64,000 nt of DNA from Gammaproteobacteria bacterium (lineage in GTDB: Bacteria > Pseudomonadota > Gammaproteobacteria > JABABF01): assembly GCA_965205525.1 (NCBI GenBank), contig OZ242171.1:1869098-1933097 (forward strand), given 5' to 3'. Below, in pieces: positions 1-9,139 of this stretch. The notes beneath the pieces are model-generated. The model had not been told where the DNA came from. It searched no databases and was given only the letters and a program-made list of their open reading frames with translations. How positions within the stretch are numbered: position 1 is the stretch's first letter; each line of letters opens with the position of its first letter. Made by a program: the position numbers and the translations under genes.

Positions 1-2283
1 CACAATCCCCAGCGGACCACGCCTCCAGTCAAAGGCCAGAGTAGCCCGGTTATGGGGCTGGAAATCCTCAATGATTGAGCGCGCCTCCCGGTTATAGAAT
101 CCCTCCGGGTCAATGCCGCCCGGGGCGCTCAGTTTTTCTATATTGGTGTTGGTATAGGAATACGCTAGCGAAGATTTCAAAATACCCTTGAACAATTCTC
201 CATCCATGGAGATCACCAAGTCAATCCCATTGGTTTCGGTTTCAATCGCATTGAAGAAGACTGAGGCTTGGTCCAGGCCGCGCTCGGCCAGCGAGTCCGC
301 TGCCATATCCAAGTTCAATCCGCGCAAGCTGGCAATGCCCAATCTTCCGCTGAGGGCAATGCGGTCATCAATATCAATGCGATAGACATCTGCCGTTATG
401 GAAACATTGTTCCATGGATTCAGGACAAAACCGAGGCTGTAGTTATTAGAGGTCTCAAAGTCCAAGTCATCAATGCCTAAGGCCGCAGAAAACGGATCCT
501 CTGTGCTGGCAATGAGTGTCTGCGCCAGTTCAACACCATCGGCCGCCGACTGGGTCACGATAGAGGTAAAGCCGAGCTGCGGCAGAGAAGGCGCCCGGAA
601 ACCAGTGGAAAATGCGCCGCGCAGAGCAAGGACTTCATCAATGATTTGTATTCGGGAGCTCAGCTTGCCGGTGAGCCGCTGGCCGACATCCTCGTAGTCC
701 TCGTAGCGCAGAGCTGCTCCCGCCAGCCAGCGCTCCGTAAAATTCTTTTCAAAGTCCACATACAGCCCGAAACTGGCGCGATCAAGGTCGGTCTCCACGG
801 CGGGGCTGTAACCGGGGAATGCCTGAAAGCCGCAGTCTGCCGCAACTGCGGAATTGACGATAGAGGAAAACGGTGTTGTGCCATTGCCTAGACCACAGGA
901 ATAGGAAGCTTTATCGCCGGCCTCAAGTTCATAGTTCTCGTCGCGGTATTCGGCGCCGAAGGCGATATGAAGCGGAAAGCTCCCCCATAGATCCAGCTCG
1001 CCGATGACATCATAGTTAAACGTCAGCTGCCCAAGCCTTACTGTCCCGGAATCGCCGGACGTAGGCCCCGCATTAGCAGCGATATCCGCATCTGCTGCCC
1101 CCGGATTATTGGCTAAATACTCTGCTGCGATGGATGCGTTTATAGTGTTTTCTGCACCGAAGGAAAATTCATTCACACCGTAATTGGCACTGAAATCCCA
1201 GCTCCAGCCGTCGGCGATCTCTCCTCGGAAACCGGTAACGATAAACCAGTCTTCGCTGTCCGTGTTCTGCAGCGGCAGGAAGCCATTCGGATGCACTTGC
1301 GGCACGGCACGGTTTGCCTGAAACGGGAAGCGATAAAAACCAGTGGACTGTCCTTCACGCTCGCTGTACTTGGCCATGAGATAAAACGCCAGAGTGTCGG
1401 TTATCGGAATCATGCCGTTGGCCATAAACAGCCAGTTTTCGTCATCGCCGTCACCAAAACGATAAATAGTTTGTCCGGCAGTGGGTCGCGCCTCAATGCC
1501 AGCATTGCGGTAAGTGGTCTGCCCGGTGCCCGATATATCCGGAGTGCCCGCCACAGTGCGGTTGGATCTCTCCGCCCGATTGGTGAAATCCCTTTCACGC
1601 GCTTCAAAGCTAAGGTTCAGGAAGCCGCTGTTTGGCAATGAAAAGCCCTGGTTCAGGGACACCGAGTATGTATCGCCATCGCCCTCGTAGGTAGAGCCCC
1701 AAAGGGCTCTTATGCTGGTGCCTTCGGAGTTTTCTTTCAGTATCAGGTTAACTACCCCCGCTATGGCATCGGAGCCGTACTGGGAGGATGCGCCATCGCG
1801 CAATACTTCTATGCGATCTATGGCCGCCACGGGAATAGTGTTGAAGTCAACACCGGTCGCCCCCCGGCCCAAGGATTCGGTAACATTCATCCACGCCTGG
1901 CCGACATGCCGCTTGCCGTTCACCAGCACCAGCACGTGGTCCGGTCCCAAGCCGCGCAGTGTTGCCGGGCGTGCCGAATCAGAGCCGTCAGATATGTTGT
2001 TGGTGCCGAAATTAAAAGATGGGGCAAGCTGCTGCAGCAGGCGTGCGGTTTCAATGTGGCCCGTATTGCCCAGCAGCTCAGAATTGAATACATCCACTGG
2101 CACCGCGGTCTCTTCCGCCGTGCGGCCAGCGACGCGAGTGCCTATGGTGACAACTTCTTCAATCCTCAGGTCCTGGGCCTGCACATCCGCCGAATGCGGC
2201 CAAAGGACTGCGAGCAGCAGGGCGATAGCGGCTGCCAGGGATTGTTTTTCAGAAGAATATCGGGATGGTATCAATTGGATCAT
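1..2283 (-). CDS. TonB-dependent outer-membrane receptor, 5' end in window and C-terminus beyond position 1 (partial)
   Basis: Reverse-strand translation from ATG at 2283 gives MIQLIPSRYSSEKQSLAAAIALLLAVLWPHSADVQAQDLRIEEVVTIGTRVAGRTAEETAVPVDVFNSELLGNTGH...LRGLGPDHVLVLVNGKRH, a signal peptide plus TonB box/plug domain. No reported minus-strand ORF shares this frame, consistent with an open frame running off the edge. Starts 22 bp after the stop of the upstream decarboxylase gene, so an operon is likely. Confidence 0.7.
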   Translation of the reverse strand, partial: MIQLIPSRYSSEKQSLAAAIALLLAVLWPHSADVQAQDLRIEEVVTIGTRVAGRTAEETAVPVDVFNSELLGNTGHIETARLLQQLAPSFNFGTNNISDGSDSARPATLRGLGPDHVLVLVNGKRHVGQAWMNVTESLGRGATGVDFNTIPVAAIDRIEVLRDGASSQYGSDAIAGVVNLILKENSEGTSIRALWGSTYEGDGDTYSVSLNQGFSLPNSGFLNLSFEARERDFTNRAERSNRTVAGTPDISGTGQTTYRNAGIEARPTAGQTIYRFGDGDDENWLFMANGMIPITDTLAFYLMAKYSEREGQSTGFYRFPFQANRAVPQVHPNGFLPLQNTDSEDWFIVTGFRGEIADGWSWDFSANYGVNEFSFGAENTINASIAAEYLANNPGAADADIAANAGPTSGDSGTVRLGQLTFNYDVIGELDLWGSFPLHIAFGAEYRDENYELEAGDKASYSCGLGNGTTPFSSIVNSAVAADCGFQAFPGYSPAVETDLDRASFGLYVDFEKNFTERWLAGAALRYEDYEDVGQRLTGKLSSRIQIIDEVLALRGAFSTGFRAPSLPQLGFTSIVTQSAADGVELAQTLIASTEDPFSAALGIDDLDFETSNNYSLGFVLNPWNNVSITADVYRIDIDDRIALSGRLGIASLRGLNLDMAADSLAERGLDQASVFFNAIETETNGIDLVISMDGELFKGILKSSLAYSYTNTNIEKLSAPGGIDPEGFYNREARSIIEDFQPHNRATLAFDWRRGPLGIV

Positions 2284-2305
2284 GCTGAAACTTCTGTGGA
2301 CTATA

Positions 2306-3667
2306 TCAGTGCAAAGAATATAGGATTTTTCTAATTTTGGGAAGCCAGTCTCCGTGCTCTGGCTTTAACAGGCAGGAGCGCAGACACTGCACCGTAGCCT
2401 CGTCACATTCCACCGAGGGCTGGTGGTGCGCCATCACGGACGCCGGCAGAGTGATCAGTGCCAAATGCAAATTCCGCTCTGCCGCCTTCTTGTAATACTG
2501 AGCAGAAGCGGCAGAAATTTCGGAGATCTTTTGGCGGTTTGGCACCCAGACCAGTATATCCAGCTCGGGCTCCATCAGCGTCAGGTAGCCCTCATCCTCC
2601 AAGAGGTGCCGGTACAGCCTTAATGCAGCGGCGCGTGATTTGGACAGCTCCTCTGCAAACTTGCCGCCTTTTTCCATAGGCAGCAGCTGCAGAGTCGCCC
2701 ACAGGGCGACAGCGGAGGCACCGGCCCGAGAGCATTCCAAGCTGATTTTTCCCATGTGCATATCGGGATTGGCAGAACTGAAAAAAGTATAGGGAGAGTC
2801 GTATTGAAAAATAGAGCTGACAGACGAATCGCGAAACAGTATGCAGCCACAGCCATAGGGCTGCAGACCGTGCTTATGCGGATCCACAACTATAGAATCG
2901 ACCTTGTGCAAAGCATGGAACGCCTGGCGGGCATTTTCTCCCAAATTGTCTGCCAGCAGAAAATAGCCGCCGTAGGCAGCATCCACATGTACACGAAAAT
3001 GGTATTTATCCCGCAGCTCAAGGATGCGATGCAGCGGGTCTATTGCACCCACGCCGGTAGTGCCCAAGGTTGCAACCACTGTGCCCACCTTGCCCGACTG
3101 CAGGATCTCCTCCAATGCGGCGATCTCCATCTGTGCATTCACATCGGCTGGAACCGACTGGAATGGCAGCTGCAGCACATCAGAGATGCGTGCATGAGTA
3201 AAGTGCGCCTGCGCGGAGGCAACTATTTTCTTGCCAGGATGCACCTTGCCGGCGGCCCACAGGGCTTCCATGTTGGCGATGGTGCCGGAAGTGCTCAAGT
3301 GGCCGATATATCCATCCTGCCAGCCGTACAGCCTGGCAATATCGGCAACCGCTTCTTTTTCCATCATGGAGCTGGCACGACCGCCCTCGTAGGCATGATT
3401 ATTGGGGTTAATCCACATGGCCATGGTATAGGCCAGGCGCGCTAAGGGGTGGGCCGGCTTATTCATATGCCCCGCATACAGAGGGTGCGGATATGGGTAG
3501 TTGTCGCGCATCCTCTCTGCGGCCTGCAGTAACACCCGCCTGATACCCGGCAGATCTGTGTCGGTTTCAAAGGCCGGCAGATCTTCGAAACCAGCTTCAA
3601 GGGTGTCCAAGGCTTCGCTCAGCAAAGAAAGACTTTTTTTCTCCAGCATATGTCTGTGCAAACTCAT
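2306..3667 (-). CDS. PLP-dependent group II amino-acid decarboxylase (DOPA/diaminobutyrate/lysine decarboxylase-like)
   Basis: 453-aa ORF with group II decarboxylase hallmarks: STSGTIANMEAL, DAAYGG, and the PLP-lysine region VVDPHKHGLQPYGCG. Confidence 0.8.
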   Translation of the reverse strand: MSLHRHMLEKKSLSLLSEALDTLEAGFEDLPAFETDTDLPGIRRVLLQAAERMRDNYPYPHPLYAGHMNKPAHPLARLAYTMAMWINPNNHAYEGGRASSMMEKEAVADIARLYGWQDGYIGHLSTSGTIANMEALWAAGKVHPGKKIVASAQAHFTHARISDVLQLPFQSVPADVNAQMEIAALEEILQSGKVGTVVATLGTTGVGAIDPLHRILELRDKYHFRVHVDAAYGGYFLLADNLGENARQAFHALHKVDSIVVDPHKHGLQPYGCGCILFRDSSVSSIFQYDSPYTFFSSANPDMHMGKISLECSRAGASAVALWATLQLLPMEKGGKFAEELSKSRAAALRLYRHLLEDEGYLTLMEPELDILVWVPNRQKISEISAASAQYYKKAAERNLHLALITLPASVMAHHQPSVECDEATVQCLRSCLLKPEHGDWLPKIRKILYSLH

Positions 3668-3901
3668 ACTCGCCGATATTATAAGTCCAGATCAGTTCAC
3701 CAAATTTTCTGCCGGAAAGCAGCAAATGTTCCGCTATTGATATGCTCGGCTTACAGAAATAATACTAAAACCGCACTTTGCGCCAAAAGCCAGTTCGGTG
3801 GGATACTCTGCTGCTCTTCTCGCAAAGGCGGGTATGCTAAATGGCAGATATCTGTGCACATGCCGCCAGCAGCATATACATTTAACTGAGGGGAGAATAA
3901 A

Positions 3902-4522
3902 GTGGCCGTTTTGAAAAGAGCAGTCTTTAATGACGGCAAGCTGCGCTGCGAGTGGGCAGCTAAGAGTGCCCTGCTCGCCTGCTATCACGACCGTGAATGG
4001 GGCGAGCCCCTGCATGACGACCAAGTGCATTTTGAATTCCTGCTGTTAGACGGTGCCCAGGCGGGGCTGAGCTGGCGGACCATCTTGGAAAAGCGTGAAA
4101 ACTATCGCACTGCTTTTGATGGCTTTGATCCGCGCAAGATCGCCCGTTACGATGCCAGAAAGGTGCGCTCACTGCTCAAAAACGCAGGCATTGTTCGCAA
4201 TCGTCTCAAGATCCGCTCCTCCATTGTCAATGCGCAGGTATTCCTGGCCATTCAGGAGGAGTTCGGCAGCTTTAATAAATATGTGTGGAAATTTGTCGGT
4301 GGCAAAACCATTCAGAACAGGTGGAAAACTGCCAGCAAGGTTCCGGCGTCCACCGCCAAAAGTGACGCACTGGCCGCCGACCTGAAAAAGCGCGGCATGT
4401 CCTTTGTCGGCACGACAATCATTTATGCCTATATGCAATCTGCCGGAATGGTGAACGACCATACCATCAACTGCTTCCGCCATGCCGAGCTGACCCGGAG
4501 CCGTCGCCGCTCGCGTTCCTGA
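3902..4522 (+). CDS. tag: DNA-3-methyladenine glycosylase I
   Basis: CEW...YHDREWGEP..D..FEFL.L.GAQAGLSW.TIL.KRE.YR.AF..FD..KIA...VRSLL.NAGIVRNRLKI...NAQ.FL.IQEEFGSF..YVW.FV is near-canonical Tag. GTG start at 3902 is preceded by GGGGAG. Confidence 0.85.
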   Translation: MAVLKRAVFNDGKLRCEWAAKSALLACYHDREWGEPLHDDQVHFEFLLLDGAQAGLSWRTILEKRENYRTAFDGFDPRKIARYDARKVRSLLKNAGIVRNRLKIRSSIVNAQVFLAIQEEFGSFNKYVWKFVGGKTIQNRWKTASKVPASTAKSDALAADLKKRGMSFVGTTIIYAYMQSAGMVNDHTINCFRHAELTRSRRRSRS

Positions 4523-4577
4523 TTACAATGAGGGGCTGCTGAAGCAAAATCACCGCCAGATACCGAGGGGGGTGCAA

Positions 4578-5999
4578 ATGTCCGATTATTCCATGCTCAT
4601 TGACGGCAAGGCTGTTGCCGCCGACAAAACCTTTGAGGTGAAAAATCCAGCTACCGGCGAGATCGTCGGACGCTGTCCCATCGCTTCCAGAGATCACCTG
4701 GATCAGGCGGTGGCCGCCGCACAGAGAGCTTTTGCCGCCTGGTCCCGCACATCGGACGAGGAGCGGGCCGAGACTTGCCGCAAGATGGCAGGCGCGGTTG
4801 CAGCGCATGCAGAGGAGCTGGCCCGGCTGCTGACCCAAGAGCAGGGCAAACCCCTCAAGGGGGTTGGCTCCGAGGCGGAGGTAAGCGGCTGCAGTACTTG
4901 GGCAATGCATACCGCTGACCTGACTCTGCCGGTTAAGGTTATTCAGGATGACGAACAGGCACGCGTTGAGCAGCACCGCAAACCGCTGGGAGTGGTCGGC
5001 TCCATCACCCCCTGGAATTGGCCTCTGATGATCGCCACCTGGCATGTGACACCGGCCATCCGCACCGGCAATACTGCTGTTATCAAGCCTTCCCCCTACA
5101 CGCCGCTCAGCACCATACGTCTGGTAGAGATCTTCAATGAGGTGCTGCCGCCGGGGGTGCTGAACTTGGTCACCGGGCAGGACTCGCTGGGACAGTGGAT
5201 GACGGAGCATCCGGGTATTCAGAAGATCATCTTCACCGGTTCAAGTCCAACCGGCAAAAAGGTGATGAGCAGCGCCGCTTCAAACCTGAAACGTCTCACC
5301 TTGGAGCTGGGGGGCAACGATGCCGGCATCGTGCTGAAGGACGCAGAACCAAAAGCTATTGCTGAGAAGATTATCCACAGTGCCTTTATCAACAACGGCC
5401 AGACCTGCGCGGCGCTGAAGCGCCTGTATGTGCACGAAGATATCTATGATGCCATGTGCGAGGTGCTGGTAAAAGCCGCCTCAGGAGTGGCGATGGGCAA
5501 CGGCCTGGATGAAAACAACAGGCAGGGGCCGATACAGAATGATATGCAGTACAAGAAAGTCCTGGCACTGCTGGAAGATGCGAAAAAATCTGGGGCAACT
5601 GTGCTATGCGGCGGCGAAGCACCGGAGGGACCGGGATACTTTCTGCCCTACACGCTGGTGTCCGACATCAGTGATGGCACCCGACTCGTAGATGAAGAAC
5701 AGTTCGGTCCAGTGCTGCCCATCATCAGATATAGCGATGAAGAAGATGTTATCAGGCGCGCCAATAACTCCGAGAACGGCCTCGGCGGCTCTGTCTGGTC
5801 TGCTGATATTGAACATGCTGCCGATCTGGCCTCGCGCCTGGAATGCGGCACCGCCTGGGTAAACGCCCATGGCAACATCATGCCGCATGTGCCTTTCGGC
5901 GGCGTGAAGTCATCCGGCTTCGGCGTTGAGTTTGCCGAAGAAGGACTGGAGGAATATACCTCTATTCAGATAGTGAATGTGAACAAGGGTGGCGGATAG
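4578..5999 (+). CDS. NAD(P)-dependent aldehyde dehydrogenase
   Basis: ALDH family motifs ITPWNWPL, ELGGNDAGIV, FINNGQTCAA, EEQFGPV and GGVKSSGFG. ATG at 4578 is preceded by GAGGGGGG; the ORF track starts 6 nt earlier at a GTG. Confidence 0.85.
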   Translation: MSDYSMLIDGKAVAADKTFEVKNPATGEIVGRCPIASRDHLDQAVAAAQRAFAAWSRTSDEERAETCRKMAGAVAAHAEELARLLTQEQGKPLKGVGSEAEVSGCSTWAMHTADLTLPVKVIQDDEQARVEQHRKPLGVVGSITPWNWPLMIATWHVTPAIRTGNTAVIKPSPYTPLSTIRLVEIFNEVLPPGVLNLVTGQDSLGQWMTEHPGIQKIIFTGSSPTGKKVMSSAASNLKRLTLELGGNDAGIVLKDAEPKAIAEKIIHSAFINNGQTCAALKRLYVHEDIYDAMCEVLVKAASGVAMGNGLDENNRQGPIQNDMQYKKVLALLEDAKKSGATVLCGGEAPEGPGYFLPYTLVSDISDGTRLVDEEQFGPVLPIIRYSDEEDVIRRANNSENGLGGSVWSADIEHAADLASRLECGTAWVNAHGNIMPHVPFGGVKSSGFGVEFAEEGLEEYTSIQIVNVNKGGG

Positions 6000-6038
6000 G
6001 CATTTTTCGCACTGTCCGCTGCATAAAAGTTTTGCGAA

Positions 6039-6971
6039 ATGGAGTACCTGCGCTACCTGTCATGCTGCGCATTTCTTATCTTGTCGGGATGTGAAATGCA
6101 TGGCCTCCCCTCTGCCGGCACGGTATCCCCCGCCTCAGGCAGTGACGCTGCCACAGAAAAATCACCCGCGCCATGCACTGCCGACGCACTTCCTGAACAT
6201 ATCGTCCGAGCCATGCAGGAAGGCAGGCGCATGGCAGCCTGTTTTATCCCATACCTTATCACTCTAGACCAGGGCACAGAAGTGCAGAAGCAGGTGGTGG
6301 CTTTGCTCGCCCGGGAGCGGGAGCGGGTGGGATACAAGCTGGCGGCTGCGGGCAGGCAAGCCCAGGATCGTCTTGCGATCAATGCCCCCCTAACCGGCGT
6401 GCTGTTCCGGGACATGCTGCTGCCCAGCGGTGCGAGCATTCCGGCGACAGCAGGCGCCGAATTGGTTTATGAAGCCGATCTGCTGGCAGAGGTCGGCGAT
6501 GAAGCCATCAATGAAGCGCACTCCCTGCAGCATGCCGCTCGGAGCCTGCGCAGGATCATTGCTTTCCTGGAAGTCGCGGACCTTATGATGCCAGCGGGTG
6601 TGCCGAATAACGGTCCACAGCTGCTTGCGGTCAATACCAGCGCCCGTTTCGGCGTGACTGGCGATAGCACAGCAGTCCGGAATGACACAGCGTTTGTCGC
6701 TGCACTCGCCGCAATGAAAGTGACACTGCACAACGGGACTGGCGAAGTATTGGCAGAAGCTCTCGGTGCTCAGCTGCTGGGAAATCCACTGCAGGCGGTA
6801 CTGCATCTGCGCGATGAAGTTCAGCGGCGAGGTGAACGGCTGCGCTCTGGAGACCTGCTGAGCCTTGGCACATTTACTGTGCCCCGCCGCGTTCGGGCAG
6901 GAGAGCAGGTAACCGCAACCTATTCTATTCCCGGCGAAGGCACCCTGCGGGTGCAGGCGGCTTTTGAATAA
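6039..6971 (+). CDS. putative lipoprotein with 2-keto-4-pentenoate hydratase (MhpD/HpcG)-like domain
   Basis: N-terminus MEYLRYLSCCAFLILSGC has a lipobox LSGC. C-terminal half aligns to MhpD-type hydratases: LEVADLM, LLGNPLQAVLHLRDEVQRRGERLRSGDLLSLGTFT, VRAGEQVTATYSIPGEGTLRVQAAF. Confidence 0.55.
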   Translation: MEYLRYLSCCAFLILSGCEMHGLPSAGTVSPASGSDAATEKSPAPCTADALPEHIVRAMQEGRRMAACFIPYLITLDQGTEVQKQVVALLARERERVGYKLAAAGRQAQDRLAINAPLTGVLFRDMLLPSGASIPATAGAELVYEADLLAEVGDEAINEAHSLQHAARSLRRIIAFLEVADLMMPAGVPNNGPQLLAVNTSARFGVTGDSTAVRNDTAFVAALAAMKVTLHNGTGEVLAEALGAQLLGNPLQAVLHLRDEVQRRGERLRSGDLLSLGTFTVPRRVRAGEQVTATYSIPGEGTLRVQAAFE

Positions 6972-7131
6972 AAATTGGCTCACTGCAGTGGGGCACGCAG
7001 TCTACTGCTGACTTCTCTTTATCCTGTCATGCCGCAGTCTTGAATAATGGCCTTTTTAATGAGTTTCGTCCGCATTGACTAAAACAGCAGCAGATGGCGG
7101 ACTAACCAATGATTGGAGGCAGGCGACAGAT

Positions 7132-7890
7132 CTACTCTCCAAAAGAATAGTTGAACTTTTCTATTTCCCACTTCGCAAATTCTGCAACCAAGTCACGCGA
7201 TTCGTTATCATAATACTCAGAATAATGATATTCCCCTTGTGTACGCTCTATATGCTCTATCAGAGGAAGCTTCTTCCCAATCTCTGGATAATTAATCTTT
7301 TCCCCGATATAGGCAAGATCCTCCTGCCAGTTTTCATGTTTTGCAACAAAATCTACAATCATATCTCCATCTTCATCAAGCAGGTATTCTCTTGCAGGCC
7401 TAATGGAAAATTTCTCCTCCTTTTCCTCCTCCAAAAGTATATACGCCAGCCAATGCCCAAACATCGGCTTTAAGACAATAGGAGGCGGCAAGATTATACA
7501 ATCAAATATGTTTTTATGATGAAGGAAGAAAAACGATAAATACCAGCTCCATGGGTTTCTTACCATACTAAAAGTGAAGATTTTCTGCCACAGCTGATCT
7601 CCCAGACACATGTGCATCTGTTGCGCTGTGCTATGGTCTGCTATAAATGGCAGAATGCGCCGCCTCAAAAGACCAGTTCTATGAATAAAATCATTCCTCC
7701 CGTAAGGCCAGCCAAATTGCCCCCATAACTCCTGCTTAATAGAGGGGGAACCTGTGCAAGGAATGTCTACAAACCAGCAGTCTGCTTTGGAAATTCTACT
7801 GCGAATGGAATACCAGACAATTTGCTTAATAGTAGACAGCGGCAAATACTTCGCCCAACGCGCATAGCGCGGACTATACCATAAGGACAT
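7132..7890 (-). CDS. sulfotransferase family 2-like protein (copy A, motif-degenerate)
   Basis: 252 aa in a low-GC segment. 5'-PSB-like motif is DIPCTGSPS (expected IPKTGGTS) and the 3'-PB region is FTFSMVRNPWSWYLS (expected RNPxDR). C-terminal ~110 aa are ~85% identical to copy B. Confidence 0.55.
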   Translation of the reverse strand: MSLWYSPRYARWAKYLPLSTIKQIVWYSIRSRISKADCWFVDIPCTGSPSIKQELWGQFGWPYGRNDFIHRTGLLRRRILPFIADHSTAQQMHMCLGDQLWQKIFTFSMVRNPWSWYLSFFFLHHKNIFDCIILPPPIVLKPMFGHWLAYILLEEEKEEKFSIRPAREYLLDEDGDMIVDFVAKHENWQEDLAYIGEKINYPEIGKKLPLIEHIERTQGEYHYSEYYDNESRDLVAEFAKWEIEKFNYSFGE

Positions 7891-8002
7891 AACACACCTC
7901 TCTTAGAAAAAGAATTTCATGCCGGCACACAGTAGTCCCCTCCCACACCTGCAAGCTTAGCCGGTGGTGGACTGGTAAATGATTGGAATGCAGGCGACAA
8001 GT

Positions 8003-8767
8003 CTACTCTCCAAAAGAATAGTTGAACTTTTCTATTTCCCACCTCGCGATCTCTGCAACCAAGTCACGCGACTCGCTATCATAATATTCGGAATAATGGT
8101 GTTTCTTAGGTGTGTATTGTTCCAGATGCAGCGATTCCCCAAGTTCCGGATAATTAATCTTTTCACTAATGTAAGCAAGATCCTCCTGCCGATTTTCATA
8201 TTTTGCAACAAAATCTACAATCATATCTCCATCTTCATCAAGCAAGAATTCCGCTATAGGTACTATAGGTACTGCACATTTTTCTGTAAGCCTATACATT
8301 AGCTGATACTTAAAAATTGATCTTATCTCATCAAGAAGGTAAGGGACCGGAGGAAAAGATTTACATTTGTAAAAGAAGTCTGATACATATCTGTCCCATG
8401 GATTTCTTACTATACTGAAAGTGAAGGTTTTCTGCCACAGCTGATGTCCCAGACACATACGCATCTGCCGCGCTGTGACATGGCGGTTTACAAATGGAAG
8501 AAGGAAGTCCAACGAAGAATTATATCTATGCCTAATCGGATTCGTCCTTTTATAATTGCTAGTCAAGTAAGGCCAGCCAAATTGCTGACTTAATTCAAAC
8601 CTAGTAGATGTAGAGGATGTGCGAGGTATATCTATAAACCAGAAACCTGCCTTAGAGATTCTATTGCCAGCGATATGCCAGACTATCTGGTCCAGAGAAA
8701 ACCGCTCCAGCAACCTTTCTAAATCTAAAAAAGGATGGACTTTGCCTTGTCTGTAGTGTAAAAGCAT
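8003..8767 (-). CDS. sulfotransferase family 2-like protein (copy B)
   Basis: 254 aa with DIPRTSSTS and FTFSIVRNPWDRYVSDFF motifs. Paralogous to the 7132..7890 gene; low GC. Confidence 0.6.
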   Translation of the reverse strand: MLLHYRQGKVHPFLDLERLLERFSLDQIVWHIAGNRISKAGFWFIDIPRTSSTSTRFELSQQFGWPYLTSNYKRTNPIRHRYNSSLDFLLPFVNRHVTARQMRMCLGHQLWQKTFTFSIVRNPWDRYVSDFFYKCKSFPPVPYLLDEIRSIFKYQLMYRLTEKCAVPIVPIAEFLLDEDGDMIVDFVAKYENRQEDLAYISEKINYPELGESLHLEQYTPKKHHYSEYYDSESRDLVAEIARWEIEKFNYSFGE

Positions 8768-9072
8768 ACAATCGCACCCTAATGTCTACTCTAATGCTAT
8801 TCTCAGGGGTGGAGAAGGCATATTGTATATGCAACCAGCCGGACATTGCCCTCAGAGCTGCCTTCTACCTAGCATGGCATGGCATCGGGCTGCGTTCCAG
8901 GTCTCTGCGGACCTTCTAATCTGTCGCCAGATACCGATCATGCCAACGGTAAACGCCCCCTCCTTGACAAGTACAATCTTCATTGTATTATAGTTGCCGT
9001 ATGATTAACCGATGTCTGTTTAGCTCTTCACAATAAAGAGTCTTCTCAGGCTTACCCTTTGGGGAACCCAGC

Positions 9073-9104
9073 GCCTTGGCCGGCTTGCCGGTCAAGGCGT
9101 TTTT
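9073..9104 (+). terminator. rho-independent terminator-like hairpin with no obvious upstream plus-strand gene
   Basis: gccttggccgg cttg ccggtcaaggc forms an 11-bp stem with one mismatch, followed by GTTTTT. Confidence 0.3.
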
Positions 9105-9139
9105 ACATCTCCAGAATCAAATGCTTAGCTGAAGGGATA

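Larger units (their letters stand above)
7080..8830. repeat. tandem duplication of a ~880-bp unit (sulfotransferase gene plus 3' flank), diverged
   Basis: 7085-7210 and 7985-8110 are near-identical (atgattgga...gcaggcgaca..tctactctccaaaagaatagttgaacttttctatttccca...), and the 3' gene portions are also near-identical. The whole segment is markedly AT-rich relative to its flanks. Confidence 0.7.

Noticed and set aside
3668-3901. Possible Fur box upstream of the decarboxylase and TonB-dependent receptor operon (gaaataatactaaaacc).
   Set aside because: Only weak resemblance to GATAATGATAATCATTATC; cannot be supported without a PWM scan.
7075-8302. Plus-strand ORFs 7075..7473 and 7979..8302 mirroring the sulfotransferase genes.
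   Set aside because: They are antisense to the conserved C-terminal sulfotransferase coding segments. Their similarity to each other simply reflects the tandem duplication, and they are hydrophobic low-complexity translations of AT-rich sequence.
8768-9139. Possible tRNA or small RNA genes in the AT-rich intergenic spacers (8768-9139, 28690-28880, 32097-32348, 62833-63124).
   Set aside because: No T-loop (GTTCRANYC) or cloverleaf-compatible sequence could be recognised by eye. Left as unannotated spacers pending covariance-model scans.
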